Virus record (IMG/VR): IMGVR_UViG_3300021197_001203
Coordinates: 1-64,000 of that record
Source: a virus
Length of the DNA: 64,000 nucleotides
Strand: one strand, 5' to 3'
Part shown: one piece after another, positions 30,109 through 39,721 of the stretch
Numbering within the stretch: position 1 is the first letter of the stretch
Layout of the letters: every line of letters starts with the position of its first letter
Translations under genes and position numbers: made by a program
Notes under the pieces: model-generated
Seen by the model: the letters and a program-made list of their open reading frames with translations, nothing else
Databases searched by the model: none
Told to the model about the DNA's origin: nothing

Positions 30109-31062
30109 CTATTGTGTTTCTAACCCTTTCGCAGTATTTACTACTGGGGGAACTGGATTTTGTTGTTGCTGACCTGCAAGGCCAATCATATTTCGCTGCG
30201 CCATTGCGTCTTCAATTTGTAAAGCTCGCAGGTCAAAAGTCACAGTCACAAGATCAGATATGCCTGTAATTGGATTGGGGTATTGCGTCAAAGTAATACC
30301 CTTCTTGTGTTTAGCATCTTGTTGTATCAAGTTAAAAAACGGCTCATACTTTTTGAGCGATTCAGTTGTTGAACGGTTTGAATTGCTTGAACCAACCATT
30401 CCAGCTGTTAAGGTGGACAAACCCGGAACTTTGAGAAACTTAGTGCCTTTGCTGACTGGTTTGAAACCATCTTCGGCCATTTGGTCCTCCTGAACCATTT
30501 TCTTTAATGTGTGATATATGTGTAAATGGGCAGGGCACAGCGTACTATTCATTTGGTCGCCGTGATCGCCTCTAGTCCTTGCATGAGGTTTTACCGCCTC
30601 TTTCGTAGTTTCATCAAACCAATACAAATCAGCTAAAGACAGATTTATGTCGTAATCAACAATCTGAGCATAGTCGTTGTCCCCCTCAAGGAACCTTCTA
30701 ACATCGACTCCACAACAAGCGCACTCAAATGCTGCATTGTATCTATAAATCCTGTAAAGCCCTAGATTGTAGCTTGGTGGCCTCAAAGCTCTCCTTAACT
30801 TTTTTAGATTCTTTTTGCGGGCCTTTTTAGGGTTCTTCGCATTAGTCACTAATTGTATCTCGACTGTTGGTACGACAGCTTCTTCAAAATTACCCACTGA
30901 ACCCGCACTCGCAATTTCGGCCCTTTGTTGTGTTTTCAACAATTGATAATTTACTCCAGTAGTCGCTGCTAACGCCTTTAATTGTTCATCATTTAGACCC
31001 GATAATCTAGTATTACTATTCCATGAAGGCATGGACGGCATAAAGCTCGGCATGAAGTTCAT
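30109..31062 (-). CDS. Hypothetical Zn-binding protein
   Basis: CACC and CPAH motifs. Likely leaderless start at 31062 (MNFMPSFMPS), with TTTATTTG at 31087-31094. Confidence 0.65.
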   Translation of the reverse strand: MNFMPSFMPSMPSWNSNTRLSGLNDEQLKALAATTGVNYQLLKTQQRAEIASAGSVGNFEEAVVPTVEIQLVTNAKNPKKARKKNLKKLRRALRPPSYNLGLYRIYRYNAAFECACCGVDVRRFLEGDNDYAQIVDYDINLSLADLYWFDETTKEAVKPHARTRGDHGDQMNSTLCPAHLHIYHTLKKMVQEDQMAEDGFKPVSKGTKFLKVPGLSTLTAGMVGSSNSNRSTTESLKKYEPFFNLIQQDAKHKKGITLTQYPNPITGISDLVTVTFDLRALQIEDAMAQRNMIGLAGQQQQNPVPPVVNTAKGLETQ

Positions 31063-31105
31063 ATTAACCCTGCCACCCCTGTCAGCCAAATAAACATACT
31101 GCTGA

Positions 31106-31834
31106 TTACAGGAGTTCAACAATAGATAATAGCACTTTCTCGACATTTACGCCATGTTGTGCCGACATAGCGTCTATTTCAGCCCTAACTCCCGCCTTAC
31201 GGAGTCTTTTCAATTCGCCTCTAAAGGGCGAGATTATAGGGTGTTCTCTCGCTAAACCATTATCCCAAAGTACCTGTGCTTGAGGGGACCACCATAAATC
31301 CATTTTATTAGCAACAATTAACACTAATTTGGGCATATATACTGACTTAGCAGTTTTCTTTGCCTTACGAGATATTTCAGATGATACATCTTTACGTGTT
31401 ATATTGTCCACTAAATAAGTAAAGGATGCTAAAGCATCTTTTAGAAATGCTGGCGAAGTGACTACTCTATGATCAATCATAAACACAACAATTTCGACTT
31501 TTCTTCCAAACATATCTTCGATCCATAAATTACGGAACTGTGCTTGTCCCGCTATGTCAGAATTAGAAATTGGAATCCTTTCTTTTTTCCATCTAATCAA
31601 TTTCCGGTGTGCTTTGGGCTGAACGGGTTTGCCGTTTATTATCGGGTGCGATGTTCTCATTTCAAGGGGTATTGGGTCTATATCACCGGGGACTGTCAGA
31701 TATTGGTCTAGTGTAGTCTTACCCGTCATACTAGGGCCATATATGCCCACCCTGAATGGCCTCATTATCCTGTATATCTTCTGTAAGGCATTAACTGAAG
31801 CTAATAGAAGATGCCCTGCGATAACCGCACTCAT
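31106..31834 (-). CDS. Small Ras-superfamily (Arf/Sar-like) GTPase
   Basis: G1 GPSMTGKT, G2 T (EMRT), G3 DIAGQ followed by Arf-type RNLW, G4 NKMD and G5 SA. Hydrophobic/amphipathic N-terminal helix. Confidence 0.85.
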   Translation of the reverse strand: MSAVIAGHLLLASVNALQKIYRIMRPFRVGIYGPSMTGKTTLDQYLTVPGDIDPIPLEMRTSHPIINGKPVQPKAHRKLIRWKKERIPISNSDIAGQAQFRNLWIEDMFGRKVEIVVFMIDHRVVTSPAFLKDALASFTYLVDNITRKDVSSEISRKAKKTAKSVYMPKLVLIVANKMDLWWSPQAQVLWDNGLAREHPIISPFRGELKRLRKAGVRAEIDAMSAQHGVNVEKVLLSIVELL

Positions 31835-31845
31835 GCCTTAGCCTC

Positions 31846-32067
31846 TCAAAGACGACCTTTGAGGTATTCCCACAATTGTAATGGTGAAGTCCCCAATTCA
31901 TCTAAAATTATCAACACGGCAAAGGTCCCAGCCACACCACCGATAAGTGCCACCGTTGTTCTGACCCATCCGGCCATACGTTCCATTTTTCGTTCATATG
32001 AGTTTTCAGCTAATATTTGCGCCATTTCAGCAGCTTGTCGTTCCTGCCGTGTTGTAAATGGCCACAT
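31846..32067 (-). CDS. Small membrane protein
   Basis: One TM helix, VALIGGVAGTFAVLIIL. Confidence 0.7.
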   Translation of the reverse strand: MWPFTTRQERQAAEMAQILAENSYERKMERMAGWVRTTVALIGGVAGTFAVLIILDELGTSPLQLWEYLKGRL

Positions 32068-32082
32068 TTTCTATCACTCCAA

Positions 32083-32550
32083 TCACTGAGGGGGTTGGTT
32101 GTCTTCAGTGTTAGCGGGTGCATTAGGGAGGCCAAAAAGCTGTTGGCCTTCAGCCTGTGCTTGCATTTGCGCCATTTGTTGTTGCATTTCCCCATAATAT
32201 TGTTGTTTTTGCATTCTTCTATTCTGCATTTGCATTTGATTTCTAAACCATTTGTCGTAGCTGGCTTCTTTTGAAAACTCGGCTCTCATGGCCATACTGT
32301 CTCTTACACCACCTACTTGGAATAAAACCATAGCTATACACAAAAATCCGAATGAGATCAAACCATACTGAATACCCATCTCTCCGGCCCCAGCATCAGG
32401 TAAATACCAACCTTGATGCGACAAACCCACAGCCATACCTGTCAACAGGGATTGCCATAGCAACATTGCTATTAAATTAACATCGACTCTATTCGATGCT
32501 GCTGCGTCTGTTGGCGGCTGCCACATTGGTGTTCTTTGTCCCTGATTCAT
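32083..32550 (-). CDS. Two-TM membrane protein with Gln/Met-rich coiled-coil tail
   Basis: LIAMLLWQSLLTGMAVGL and YGLISFGFLCIAMVLF, then QMQMQ...MQQQMAQMQ. Confidence 0.7.
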   Translation of the reverse strand: MNQGQRTPMWQPPTDAAASNRVDVNLIAMLLWQSLLTGMAVGLSHQGWYLPDAGAGEMGIQYGLISFGFLCIAMVLFQVGGVRDSMAMRAEFSKEASYDKWFRNQMQMQNRRMQKQQYYGEMQQQMAQMQAQAEGQQLFGLPNAPANTEDNQPPQ

Positions 32551-32751
32551 TATATCATGTTCTCCTTGTCTCTAATGTGCTTGAAATACATCTCAAGTGC
32601 ATGATTGACAAAGGAAGATTTGGACTCACGCCCTCTAGTTTTTTCCATTTTCCGGTAAAGATCGTCCCTCATCACCACTGAAACGTGTTGGCTCATTATA
32701 GTGTGTGATACGTGTTAGGTTTAAGACAGTTGTCATATATAACAAGGTTAA

Positions 32752-35067
32752 TTAAGCGATTTTTCTGCCGCTTTGCGATTCTCGGATAGAGTTTTGTTGT
32801 ATTACTCGGAATATGTCATCTAATGCTTGACCATGTTCCATGTAAGATGTGTTTTCGTTTTCTCTTCTGAAACACATCCGGCATCCCATTTCACCAGTCA
32901 TTGGGTCAATATTCATGTCGCATTTTGTATCTGCACCGGGGAGTGATGCCGGACAAACCTGCTGCCGACTATTACCGCCAAAACCTTTCGGTGTTATCGT
33001 GCTTGTTGTAATTCCGGGGGATTCTAAAATCGAAGCGATGTCACCAACCCTGTCATTTCGTCCTTCTTTGCCCTTATACCACTCAGGTTCCTTGTCAATA
33101 GAAATCCTCATTGTTGCATTATCGGGCAAATGAGACTCTTGTGTCCCCCCTCTAGCCTCCATAGCCTCTCTTATGTATTGAGCTTGGCGTGAAGAAATCC
33201 AATGTTCTAAGTCTCGTAATTCTCTTGGGGTTTGTTGTTGTAGGAGATCGAAATAAGCTGAAACTTCACCGGGGCCTCTAAAATCTCCTGAAGCCTTTCC
33301 TCTAACATAACCCTTACCTGCAAGGTGTTTAGGCGCATTTCTTTTATTATTTGCGGTTTTCATCGCTTCAGAATACATTTCATTTTGCATGGCTGAAAGA
33401 TATTTAGGCATATCATTAAGAGAATTGTATAGATTACGGTGATATTTTCTTTGTGGGCCATTAAACGCCATTTTATTTTGAGCAGCATAACATATTTTAC
33501 AGGCCCCAGTTTTCATCGTACAAGCATGAACGGGCATATCCCCCAATGATATTCCGGGCATTTTACCGGGATTACCAAAGCCAGCCATTAACTTCGATTG
33601 TTTGTCGCTGCCCTCCCATGTTGGTATTTCCATCCCTTCTAAGGGATAATCCACTAGATTAGGGTTATCTTTGGGACCAGTGAGCTGTTGAACCTTTTCG
33701 GGGTATAGATTTATGAAATCAATTATATCTCTATTACCCCCCCCATACATCTGACCTTCAGGGCGTGGTGGGCCGTAATTTCCTTTTTTGTCTTTATTCC
33801 ACGGATATGGCACCGCATCCGGCAACTTACCACCGAACAGCTCTTCCCAAAAGAACATTTCACCGGGTTGCCCCCAGTGTTCTGAATCAAATACTGCTTT
33901 AACCAGCCCCCACGCATCTTCAAAGGTATTGTCTTCTGATAGATTAATGATCTGACCGAGCATTGCATTTTCTAATACGTCTCGGCCTGTATTGGTAAAA
34001 TCGCTTTCTCTAGCTAGAATACCATGAGTTGGGGTCACAAGACCCCGTTTCAAACCGAGTTTATCAGGATTGCTGCCTATATTCATAGGCACAGGAACTC
34101 CCTGATGCTTGAAACCTGATGAATCTCTATATGACGGCATTCTCCCTAACTCGTCTAATATTCTCATTATAGGGTCTATTGAGCCTGTCACTTTACTACT
34201 GTAAGGGACACCATCAGTGTGAACATCTGTATCTAAAGAACCAATACGATCACGCCAGTCATAATCATCAACATCTTCTCTATATTCCCTGTTATCAACA
34301 GAATATTTACCTTCTTTTGGGGTCAAATTGGGGTTTTTTGGTGTTGAGAAATCATAACCCACCATTATTAGAGGTCTGCCCGTTTCTTTATCCCAGCCCT
34401 GCATCGCCCCTTTCTTATCCCTGAAAAGGTCAACATCGTCCCCCCAATCTTGTAGCAACCGGGATTGGTCTAAACCTTCACCCAAAATATCAGATAATTC
34501 CCCGCGGCCTAGATTGCCGTGAACCCACATATGTTCATTTTTCTTACCATCGGCTTTTCTTTGACCATCAATTCTATGAGACCTAGACTGTGCGCCTCTC
34601 GATACATTAAATCTAGGGTCGTCTAAAGGGGTAGCATTAGAAGCCGCTAATGTTGTAAAACGCCCTTGTTTTTGAGGGTCTTCATCAAACCTTCTTTGTA
34701 ATGAGTGCATACCGCCTAAAGCTGGAAAATATTCACCACCAATTAAAGTAGGTGACGGAAGCGTATTACGTCCCGTAAATTGATTATTCCTAAACAAACG
34801 AGTGTTGTAGTCCCCAAAACGGTCTTTAGCAAACCGTGGTATAGCTAATCTGTCTCTCAATAATCGGCTCATACTCCTATGCGACCTTTTATCATCTAAT
34901 AAAGGATAAATAACTTCTCTAAGTGGATTTATTGTTGATTCTATACGGTCCACTGGGGTACGCTGCTGCCCCATTAACGCCCTAGTATTGAACCCATCAA
35001 TTGTAGCCCCGTCAAAGTCTAATGCAGTTTTCCAGCTCTTTTCAAAGAGACTGTCGTCACTGCCCAT
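32752..35067 (-). CDS. Doubly tagged protein with C-terminal GP88-like (Cys-rich, radical-SAM-like) domain
   Basis: N-terminal FEKSW tag and internal FEDAWGLVK tag. GP88-like motifs KMPG..C......C..CYA, VR...SGDF, W..SR, N..MRIS and CP...C...C..CF. Confidence 0.7.
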   Translation of the reverse strand: MGSDDSLFEKSWKTALDFDGATIDGFNTRALMGQQRTPVDRIESTINPLREVIYPLLDDKRSHRSMSRLLRDRLAIPRFAKDRFGDYNTRLFRNNQFTGRNTLPSPTLIGGEYFPALGGMHSLQRRFDEDPQKQGRFTTLAASNATPLDDPRFNVSRGAQSRSHRIDGQRKADGKKNEHMWVHGNLGRGELSDILGEGLDQSRLLQDWGDDVDLFRDKKGAMQGWDKETGRPLIMVGYDFSTPKNPNLTPKEGKYSVDNREYREDVDDYDWRDRIGSLDTDVHTDGVPYSSKVTGSIDPIMRILDELGRMPSYRDSSGFKHQGVPVPMNIGSNPDKLGLKRGLVTPTHGILARESDFTNTGRDVLENAMLGQIINLSEDNTFEDAWGLVKAVFDSEHWGQPGEMFFWEELFGGKLPDAVPYPWNKDKKGNYGPPRPEGQMYGGGNRDIIDFINLYPEKVQQLTGPKDNPNLVDYPLEGMEIPTWEGSDKQSKLMAGFGNPGKMPGISLGDMPVHACTMKTGACKICYAAQNKMAFNGPQRKYHRNLYNSLNDMPKYLSAMQNEMYSEAMKTANNKRNAPKHLAGKGYVRGKASGDFRGPGEVSAYFDLLQQQTPRELRDLEHWISSRQAQYIREAMEARGGTQESHLPDNATMRISIDKEPEWYKGKEGRNDRVGDIASILESPGITTSTITPKGFGGNSRQQVCPASLPGADTKCDMNIDPMTGEMGCRMCFRRENENTSYMEHGQALDDIFRVIQQNSIRESQSGRKIA

Positions 35068-35398
35068 AGTGATACTAGGGCATACCATTCATCAAAAGTC
35101 TGCCGGACATTTATAGACGATTGCAGAACATAATATTCTTTGCAGGGGGGGCTATTCATTTGTCTCGTCCCATTTTTTTGACACACCCCTATTGGTAGGC
35201 TGCAACCTAAACCAACCCCCCCCTGCACCTTCTAGTGCAGTTTGTTGATTTCATCAGCAATTTTTCCCAAAATATCAAAAACCTTCAAGGGAACGTACAA
35301 CACAAACAAGAAGGTGCCCACTATGAATAATAATAATAATTCTTTCAACATGGATTTAGAAGACATAAACAAAGCGCATACAATAGCATTTTTATTCT

Positions 35399-36274
35399 TT
35401 GCTGAGGATTATAACGCCAGCAATACAACTTTTGATTCTAGTTTTTATGATCATAGTTAATACTGATCGTAAGCTCAGACAAAGTATGAAAAAACCTGCG
35501 AGGGTCACTAAACTAATACAAAAAACCAAAACATTAGACCCTTCAAATAACGAACCAGCCACGGTTTTAAGTGCAAATAAGGTCACTGGTTGGTCTTTGA
35601 ACTTCCCTATACAAAAGACCTGTCAGCCGTCTAAGCTGTGCATAGAAACCTGCTACTTCGCTTCAGGCATGACGACATGGACAAACTCGTTAAGGAAACA
35701 GCTATGGAATTACGAGTCTTGTGTCGAAGACCCAATTGCCTTTGCTGAAAACATAATATCTGAATATGATAAGAAAATAAAAGGTAAAACAGATTTCTTA
35801 AGATGGAACGGGGGCGGAGATTTGTTTTTTGAATCGACTGAAGCATTGAATTACATCGGTCAAACTAGACCCGACATAGTAATTTGGATAGTCACTAGAA
35901 GGCCCGATATGGCAAAAAGAATAGAGAACCATCCGAATCTCTATGTCCATTTCAGTCTTGATCGAGAATCTATGACTAGAAGAAAAACCGTACTGCCATT
36001 ATTAACCCCTGAAATGCGTAAAAGAGTATTCTTTTCGTATCAAACCGCAGCAGGTGAAGAGCCTGATATGACAAAATTGATTAAAGAGGGGGTAAAATTG
36101 TTCTTTTTTGATAATTATAGGGTGCCTTTAGGTACATATTGGGCAGTAAAAGAAGAAAAAGGGGCTAGATGGGATGCGTTGTGTCCACTCAATAAGATGA
36201 GAAGTGAAGGTAAAGACATAGAAGGTGCCTGTAATGCTTGTCGAAGATGTTTCGATGGTAGCTGGGAACAGTAG
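35399..36274 (+). CDS. GP88-family protein
   Basis: TC.PSKLC.ETCY, LRWNGGGDL, WIVTR, PNLYVHFSLD and CP...C..C..CF. The true start is likely the ATG at 35447 or 35486. Confidence 0.72.
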   Translation: MLRIITPAIQLLILVFMIIVNTDRKLRQSMKKPARVTKLIQKTKTLDPSNNEPATVLSANKVTGWSLNFPIQKTCQPSKLCIETCYFASGMTTWTNSLRKQLWNYESCVEDPIAFAENIISEYDKKIKGKTDFLRWNGGGDLFFESTEALNYIGQTRPDIVIWIVTRRPDMAKRIENHPNLYVHFSLDRESMTRRKTVLPLLTPEMRKRVFFSYQTAAGEEPDMTKLIKEGVKLFFFDNYRVPLGTYWAVKEEKGARWDALCPLNKMRSEGKDIEGACNACRRCFDGSWEQ

Positions 36275-36275
36275 T

Positions 36276-36322
36276 TGTCAGTCCTGACAGGTTTTTCTGA
36301 AAAATTGGGCGTGGCGATTTTT
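36276..36322. terminator. Putative terminator between convergent genes
   Basis: TGTCAG-tc-CTGACA hairpin plus T- and A-runs between convergent stops. Confidence 0.35.
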
Positions 36323-36682
36323 TCAGGGTGTGCGTCCAGCTCTTCTAAAGCGATCAATGAGTCCTTTTGAACCAAGAGCTTGGGATGTGCTATCAGGAAT
36401 TGATGGTCCCTGCATTGTATCAGTACGTGCATATTCAGAAGCTGGTTCATTGTCAAACATATCCTTGAGCCTTTCATACTCATCTTCAATACCATCATTA
36501 TCTGTTTCTAATATGTTAGCCATAACCTTTCGATTATGACTTTCACCGTCAGTTGTTGATTTCATATCTGCAAATCTTTTAGGAACAGGTCTGCCGCCTT
36601 CTTTGAGTGAATCCAGCTTACTATTAAACTTCTCACCGAAGTCAGCCTTAACCACATTCCATGCTTGATCAAATGTTGTCAT
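36323..36682 (-). CDS. Tagged hypothetical protein
   Basis: Starts MTTFDQAWNVVK. Confidence 0.7.
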   Translation of the reverse strand: MTTFDQAWNVVKADFGEKFNSKLDSLKEGGRPVPKRFADMKSTTDGESHNRKVMANILETDNDGIEDEYERLKDMFDNEPASEYARTDTMQGPSIPDSTSQALGSKGLIDRFRRAGRTP

Positions 36683-36683
36683 T

Positions 36684-37004
36684 CTATGACCTACCGTAGT
36701 ATTCTTCTTCTGAACCGGGGTGCATTTCGTTTAATGCGGCTTGTGCCCCAACAATCATATCTTCAACCTCTGACATTTCACCGCAGCATTGTTCTGCTAA
36801 TGTAGTTGCTTGGCTAAGTAGTCTGTGTAATTCCTGCACTTTTTTGCCCATGTCTTCCATAGGAGAGCCATCGCTGAGTTGTCCGTTTATTGAACCACTA
36901 AACTCATCTAATTCATCTATATCAATACCATACTGCTCAAGTGTTGCTGGGTCATACCCACCTGACTCTTTTGTTATGTTCCAAGCTTTATCAAATGAGG
37001 ACAT
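36684..37004 (-). CDS. Tagged acidic hypothetical protein
   Basis: Starts MSSFDKAWNITK. GGAGG RBS. Confidence 0.7.
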   Translation of the reverse strand: MSSFDKAWNITKESGGYDPATLEQYGIDIDELDEFSGSINGQLSDGSPMEDMGKKVQELHRLLSQATTLAEQCCGEMSEVEDMIVGAQAALNEMHPGSEEEYYGRS

Positions 37005-37075
37005 TATTTTTTCCTCCTGAATAGTAGTTTGCGTTCCAGTTTGCTAAACAATTTACGTGCTGCCCCTGAGACCAT
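37004..37075 (-). CDS. Possible 23-aa basic peptide (MVSGAARKLFSKLERKLLFRRKK)
   Basis: Fills the gap, and its TAA overlaps the next ATG. Too short for the ORF track. Confidence 0.3.
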   Translation of the reverse strand: MVSGAARKLFSKLERKLLFRRKK

Positions 37076-37112
37076 GTTAGTCTGTAATATTACTATCCTT
37101 TTTTACCTTTCA

Positions 37113-37502
37113 CTATATTTTCCGTGAAACAATGCCTCTTGATTTGATTTTTTTGGGTTTTGACCTTGATACCTCAGTTAAGGGATAACCATACCCCGTG
37201 GTTTTATCTTCTTTAGATTTAGAAGGAACCCGGTGGTTCTTTCTGTCCCTATCAAAATCTTGTTTGCTTTTGTATTTCTTAGGTTTACCCACCTTTGCGT
37301 GTCCTACTAACTCAGCTGGACCTTTACCAGTCCTTATTATGCCGACTTTTTGGCCGACATAGGAGTCAAGTGTGGGTTTTTTACGTGTTTCAACCTTCTT
37401 TTTACCTGATAATATCATATCAGTGTAAGGGACATCTTTGTCATTTATGTTAATTCCCATCTCTTTGACTAGCTGCCAAGCAGTTTCAAACTCGTAGCTC
37501 AT
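37113..37502 (-). CDS. Tagged ASCH-domain-like protein
   Basis: Starts MSYEFETAWQLVK, then PYTDMILSGKKKVETR (ASCH GxKxxExR motif). Leaderless start with TTATTTAT at 37525-37532. Confidence 0.7.
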   Translation of the reverse strand: MSYEFETAWQLVKEMGININDKDVPYTDMILSGKKKVETRKKPTLDSYVGQKVGIIRTGKGPAELVGHAKVGKPKKYKSKQDFDRDRKNHRVPSKSKEDKTTGYGYPLTEVSRSKPKKIKSRGIVSRKI

Positions 37503-37546
37503 TAGCTGGTTGGTGTTTTCGATCATAAATAAGTGATCTGTTAATA

Positions 37547-38410
37547 TTATATTCTTTTGGAAGGATAACGCCGAATCGTTTTATCTGCCATATTAGGGGT
37601 TGAGGGGGTCGTGAAATCGCCGAGGAATGAGCCGTCTGCATAGTAATCGAGCATTCTCATGCCTTCCGTTGAAGGATAGTTGGGTGCATGGTAATTACCG
37701 GGGCCTATGTCATTTGTGTTATCAGACCCAAAATAATATTCCAGCTCGTCCAAAAGCTGGGCATTGACCCCTCTTTTTCCTCCAAACTCAAAGCTAGTCT
37801 TTGGGTTGCTCTTGGCTTCCTCATACGCATCCCTCGCAAGCTGGTCCCACCAATTTTCAAGCTTGTCATCAAAGGCACTCGCATTTGCTTGTCTTCTTGT
37901 AAGAGGCCCTTGTAATATGACTCTTTCACGATTCGGCCACTTTCCCACGTATGCAGTTCGGTCCCATTCATGTCCAGTCCCTGCCCCTTGTGTGTATTGT
38001 GAATCTTGTCCCTTTAACCAGCTCATATCGACTCTAGGCATTTTCATAGCATTCACAGGAAGGCCATCCACAGTCATCTGTTCGGCTGGAAGAAGGTATT
38101 TCTCAGCAACGTCCGGCAGGACGTTCTTCATCCTGTCATATGTGAAAGCCTCCCAAAAATCGTCTTTTTTACCCGGAGATTCATCATTAAGCTGTTCTAA
38201 TAATCGCCTCCCTCCAGCATCCAAATTAGGTACTTTAGCCACAGAGCCGGGGTCGTCCCGAATGTCGAAGACCCTTCTTTGGCCTCCTTGATCAAATGCG
38301 TCTCCTAAGCCCAACTTTTCCGTAGCTATCCGAGAAAGCTCGGTCTCTCTTTCTAATGGGGTCGTATCGTCAAACTTAACTATCTCCCAAGCTTGGTCAA
38401 ATGCGGTCAT
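37547..38410 (-). CDS. Tagged protein-kinase-like fold protein
   Basis: Starts MTAFDQAWEIVK. QGGQRRVF...VAKVP (Gly loop/VAIK-like), DIGPGN (catalytic-loop-like) and MLDY. Confidence 0.55.
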   Translation of the reverse strand: MTAFDQAWEIVKFDDTTPLERETELSRIATEKLGLGDAFDQGGQRRVFDIRDDPGSVAKVPNLDAGGRRLLEQLNDESPGKKDDFWEAFTYDRMKNVLPDVAEKYLLPAEQMTVDGLPVNAMKMPRVDMSWLKGQDSQYTQGAGTGHEWDRTAYVGKWPNRERVILQGPLTRRQANASAFDDKLENWWDQLARDAYEEAKSNPKTSFEFGGKRGVNAQLLDELEYYFGSDNTNDIGPGNYHAPNYPSTEGMRMLDYYADGSFLGDFTTPSTPNMADKTIRRYPSKRI

Positions 38411-38712
38411 TGATGGTCCTCCATCCTATTGTATCGCATCATTACCTCTTCGGGGGTAAGTCCTGAATCAGTCTCTGTATTTTCCCAATCCGTGTCACAC
38501 ACCCCACAACCACCCATTTTCGCACAGCAATCATTACAGATGTAATTTCCCGGTGTCCCACAGGCGTGTTCAGCCATACTATTCATACCGCACAACGGAC
38601 AAGGGGTATTTTCATTGTAAACGTCATCATCCTTCGACCTATCACGATTAGGGTCGATAGATATGGAAAAGTCCTCTTTTACAAGATTCCAAGCTCGATC
38701 AAAGGCGGTCAT
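38407..38712 (-). CDS. Tagged Cys-rich Zn-binding protein
   Basis: Starts MTAFDRAWNLVK. CPLC..C..CNDCC..CGVC. Confidence 0.7.
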   Translation of the reverse strand: MTAFDRAWNLVKEDFSISIDPNRDRSKDDDVYNENTPCPLCGMNSMAEHACGTPGNYICNDCCAKMGGCGVCDTDWENTETDSGLTPEEVMMRYNRMEDHQ

Positions 38713-39101
38713 TCATAATCCTCCATTCTATCTCGGTATGCCTCATAGTCAATACCATATGTTCTTTTAGGGCCAACCGTACTACCGTTTTCAATTGCCT
38801 GATTAAGATCGAATGGCTTGCCATCTCCAAAGAAACCTTCAATCTCCATTGAATCAGACATTCGTTTATCAACCCACGGATGAATACATTTGCTACATAA
38901 TTTTGGAATACCCTCAACTATGTTGTTGATGTCGCTAAAACATCGCTCACATTCACTCGGCCAGTTTACACTTGGGTCGGGGTCAAGCGGTTCTTGAAGC
39001 AATAATTGGTTCTCATTCGCAATTCTTTGTATTTCTTCATCGGAAAACAACCGATGATATACGGACTTCACAATATCCCATGCTCGGTCAAATGCGGTCA
39101 T
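38709..39101 (-). CDS. Tagged Zn-finger protein
   Basis: Starts MTAFDRAWDIVK. CERC..CSKC. Confidence 0.7.
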   Translation of the reverse strand: MTAFDRAWDIVKSVYHRLFSDEEIQRIANENQLLLQEPLDPDPSVNWPSECERCFSDINNIVEGIPKLCSKCIHPWVDKRMSDSMEIEGFFGDGKPFDLNQAIENGSTVGPKRTYGIDYEAYRDRMEDYE

Positions 39102-39721
39102 TGTTCCGCCCTCCTTTGCATTTCTTCAAGGCTCAATTCGGGCGAATGCCCTGTTTCATCGGGATCATCATCAAACCAAGCCAATCTTCTTTTTGGTCTA
39201 TCCACAGGCAGGTTTGCTCTTGCCAATGAATCAAGGTGTCCTCTTTCATAAGTCGGCCAATTTGTAGGTTCATTCACTTCAAAATCACTTTGATGCACCA
39301 ATTCTAAGAACTCCGGTGGTATGGTGACGTTTGAGAATAGGTGCGGTGAACCCCTGCCGTCATATCCTTCACGCATAGGGAATGATGGATCAATTCGTAT
39401 CATTGCAGGTGTAGCCACATCGTCTTGAATGTAGGGAACGCTAAGGTTTGGGTCACGCAGAAGATGAAGCCCTTGCTCATGCGCTCTTTTGCGTTGTGGC
39501 ATATTTGCTGCCATCATACCGTAAAGATTGGCAATGTTGGGATATGATGATGCGAACACCTTTGGCCCAGATCCGTATGTGTCTTTTCCTCCGATGAACT
39601 TGTTGCTATCCTCATACGTTCCGGGCTTCAATCCTTCACGCATTATGTTTTCAACACGATCTGATGTTGTTCCGTGATATGGCATCTTCACGATAGCCCA
39701 TGCGGTATCAAAGGCGGTCAT
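39098..39721 (-). CDS. Tagged ADP-ribosyltransferase-like protein
   Basis: Starts MTAFDTAWAIVK, then YHGT...I.REGL.P, G..VFAS and a terminal IPPE.L, typical of the H-type ART/Tpt1-like fold. Confidence 0.7.
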   Translation of the reverse strand: MTAFDTAWAIVKMPYHGTTSDRVENIMREGLKPGTYEDSNKFIGGKDTYGSGPKVFASSYPNIANLYGMMAANMPQRKRAHEQGLHLLRDPNLSVPYIQDDVATPAMIRIDPSFPMREGYDGRGSPHLFSNVTIPPEFLELVHQSDFEVNEPTNWPTYERGHLDSLARANLPVDRPKRRLAWFDDDPDETGHSPELSLEEMQRRAEQ

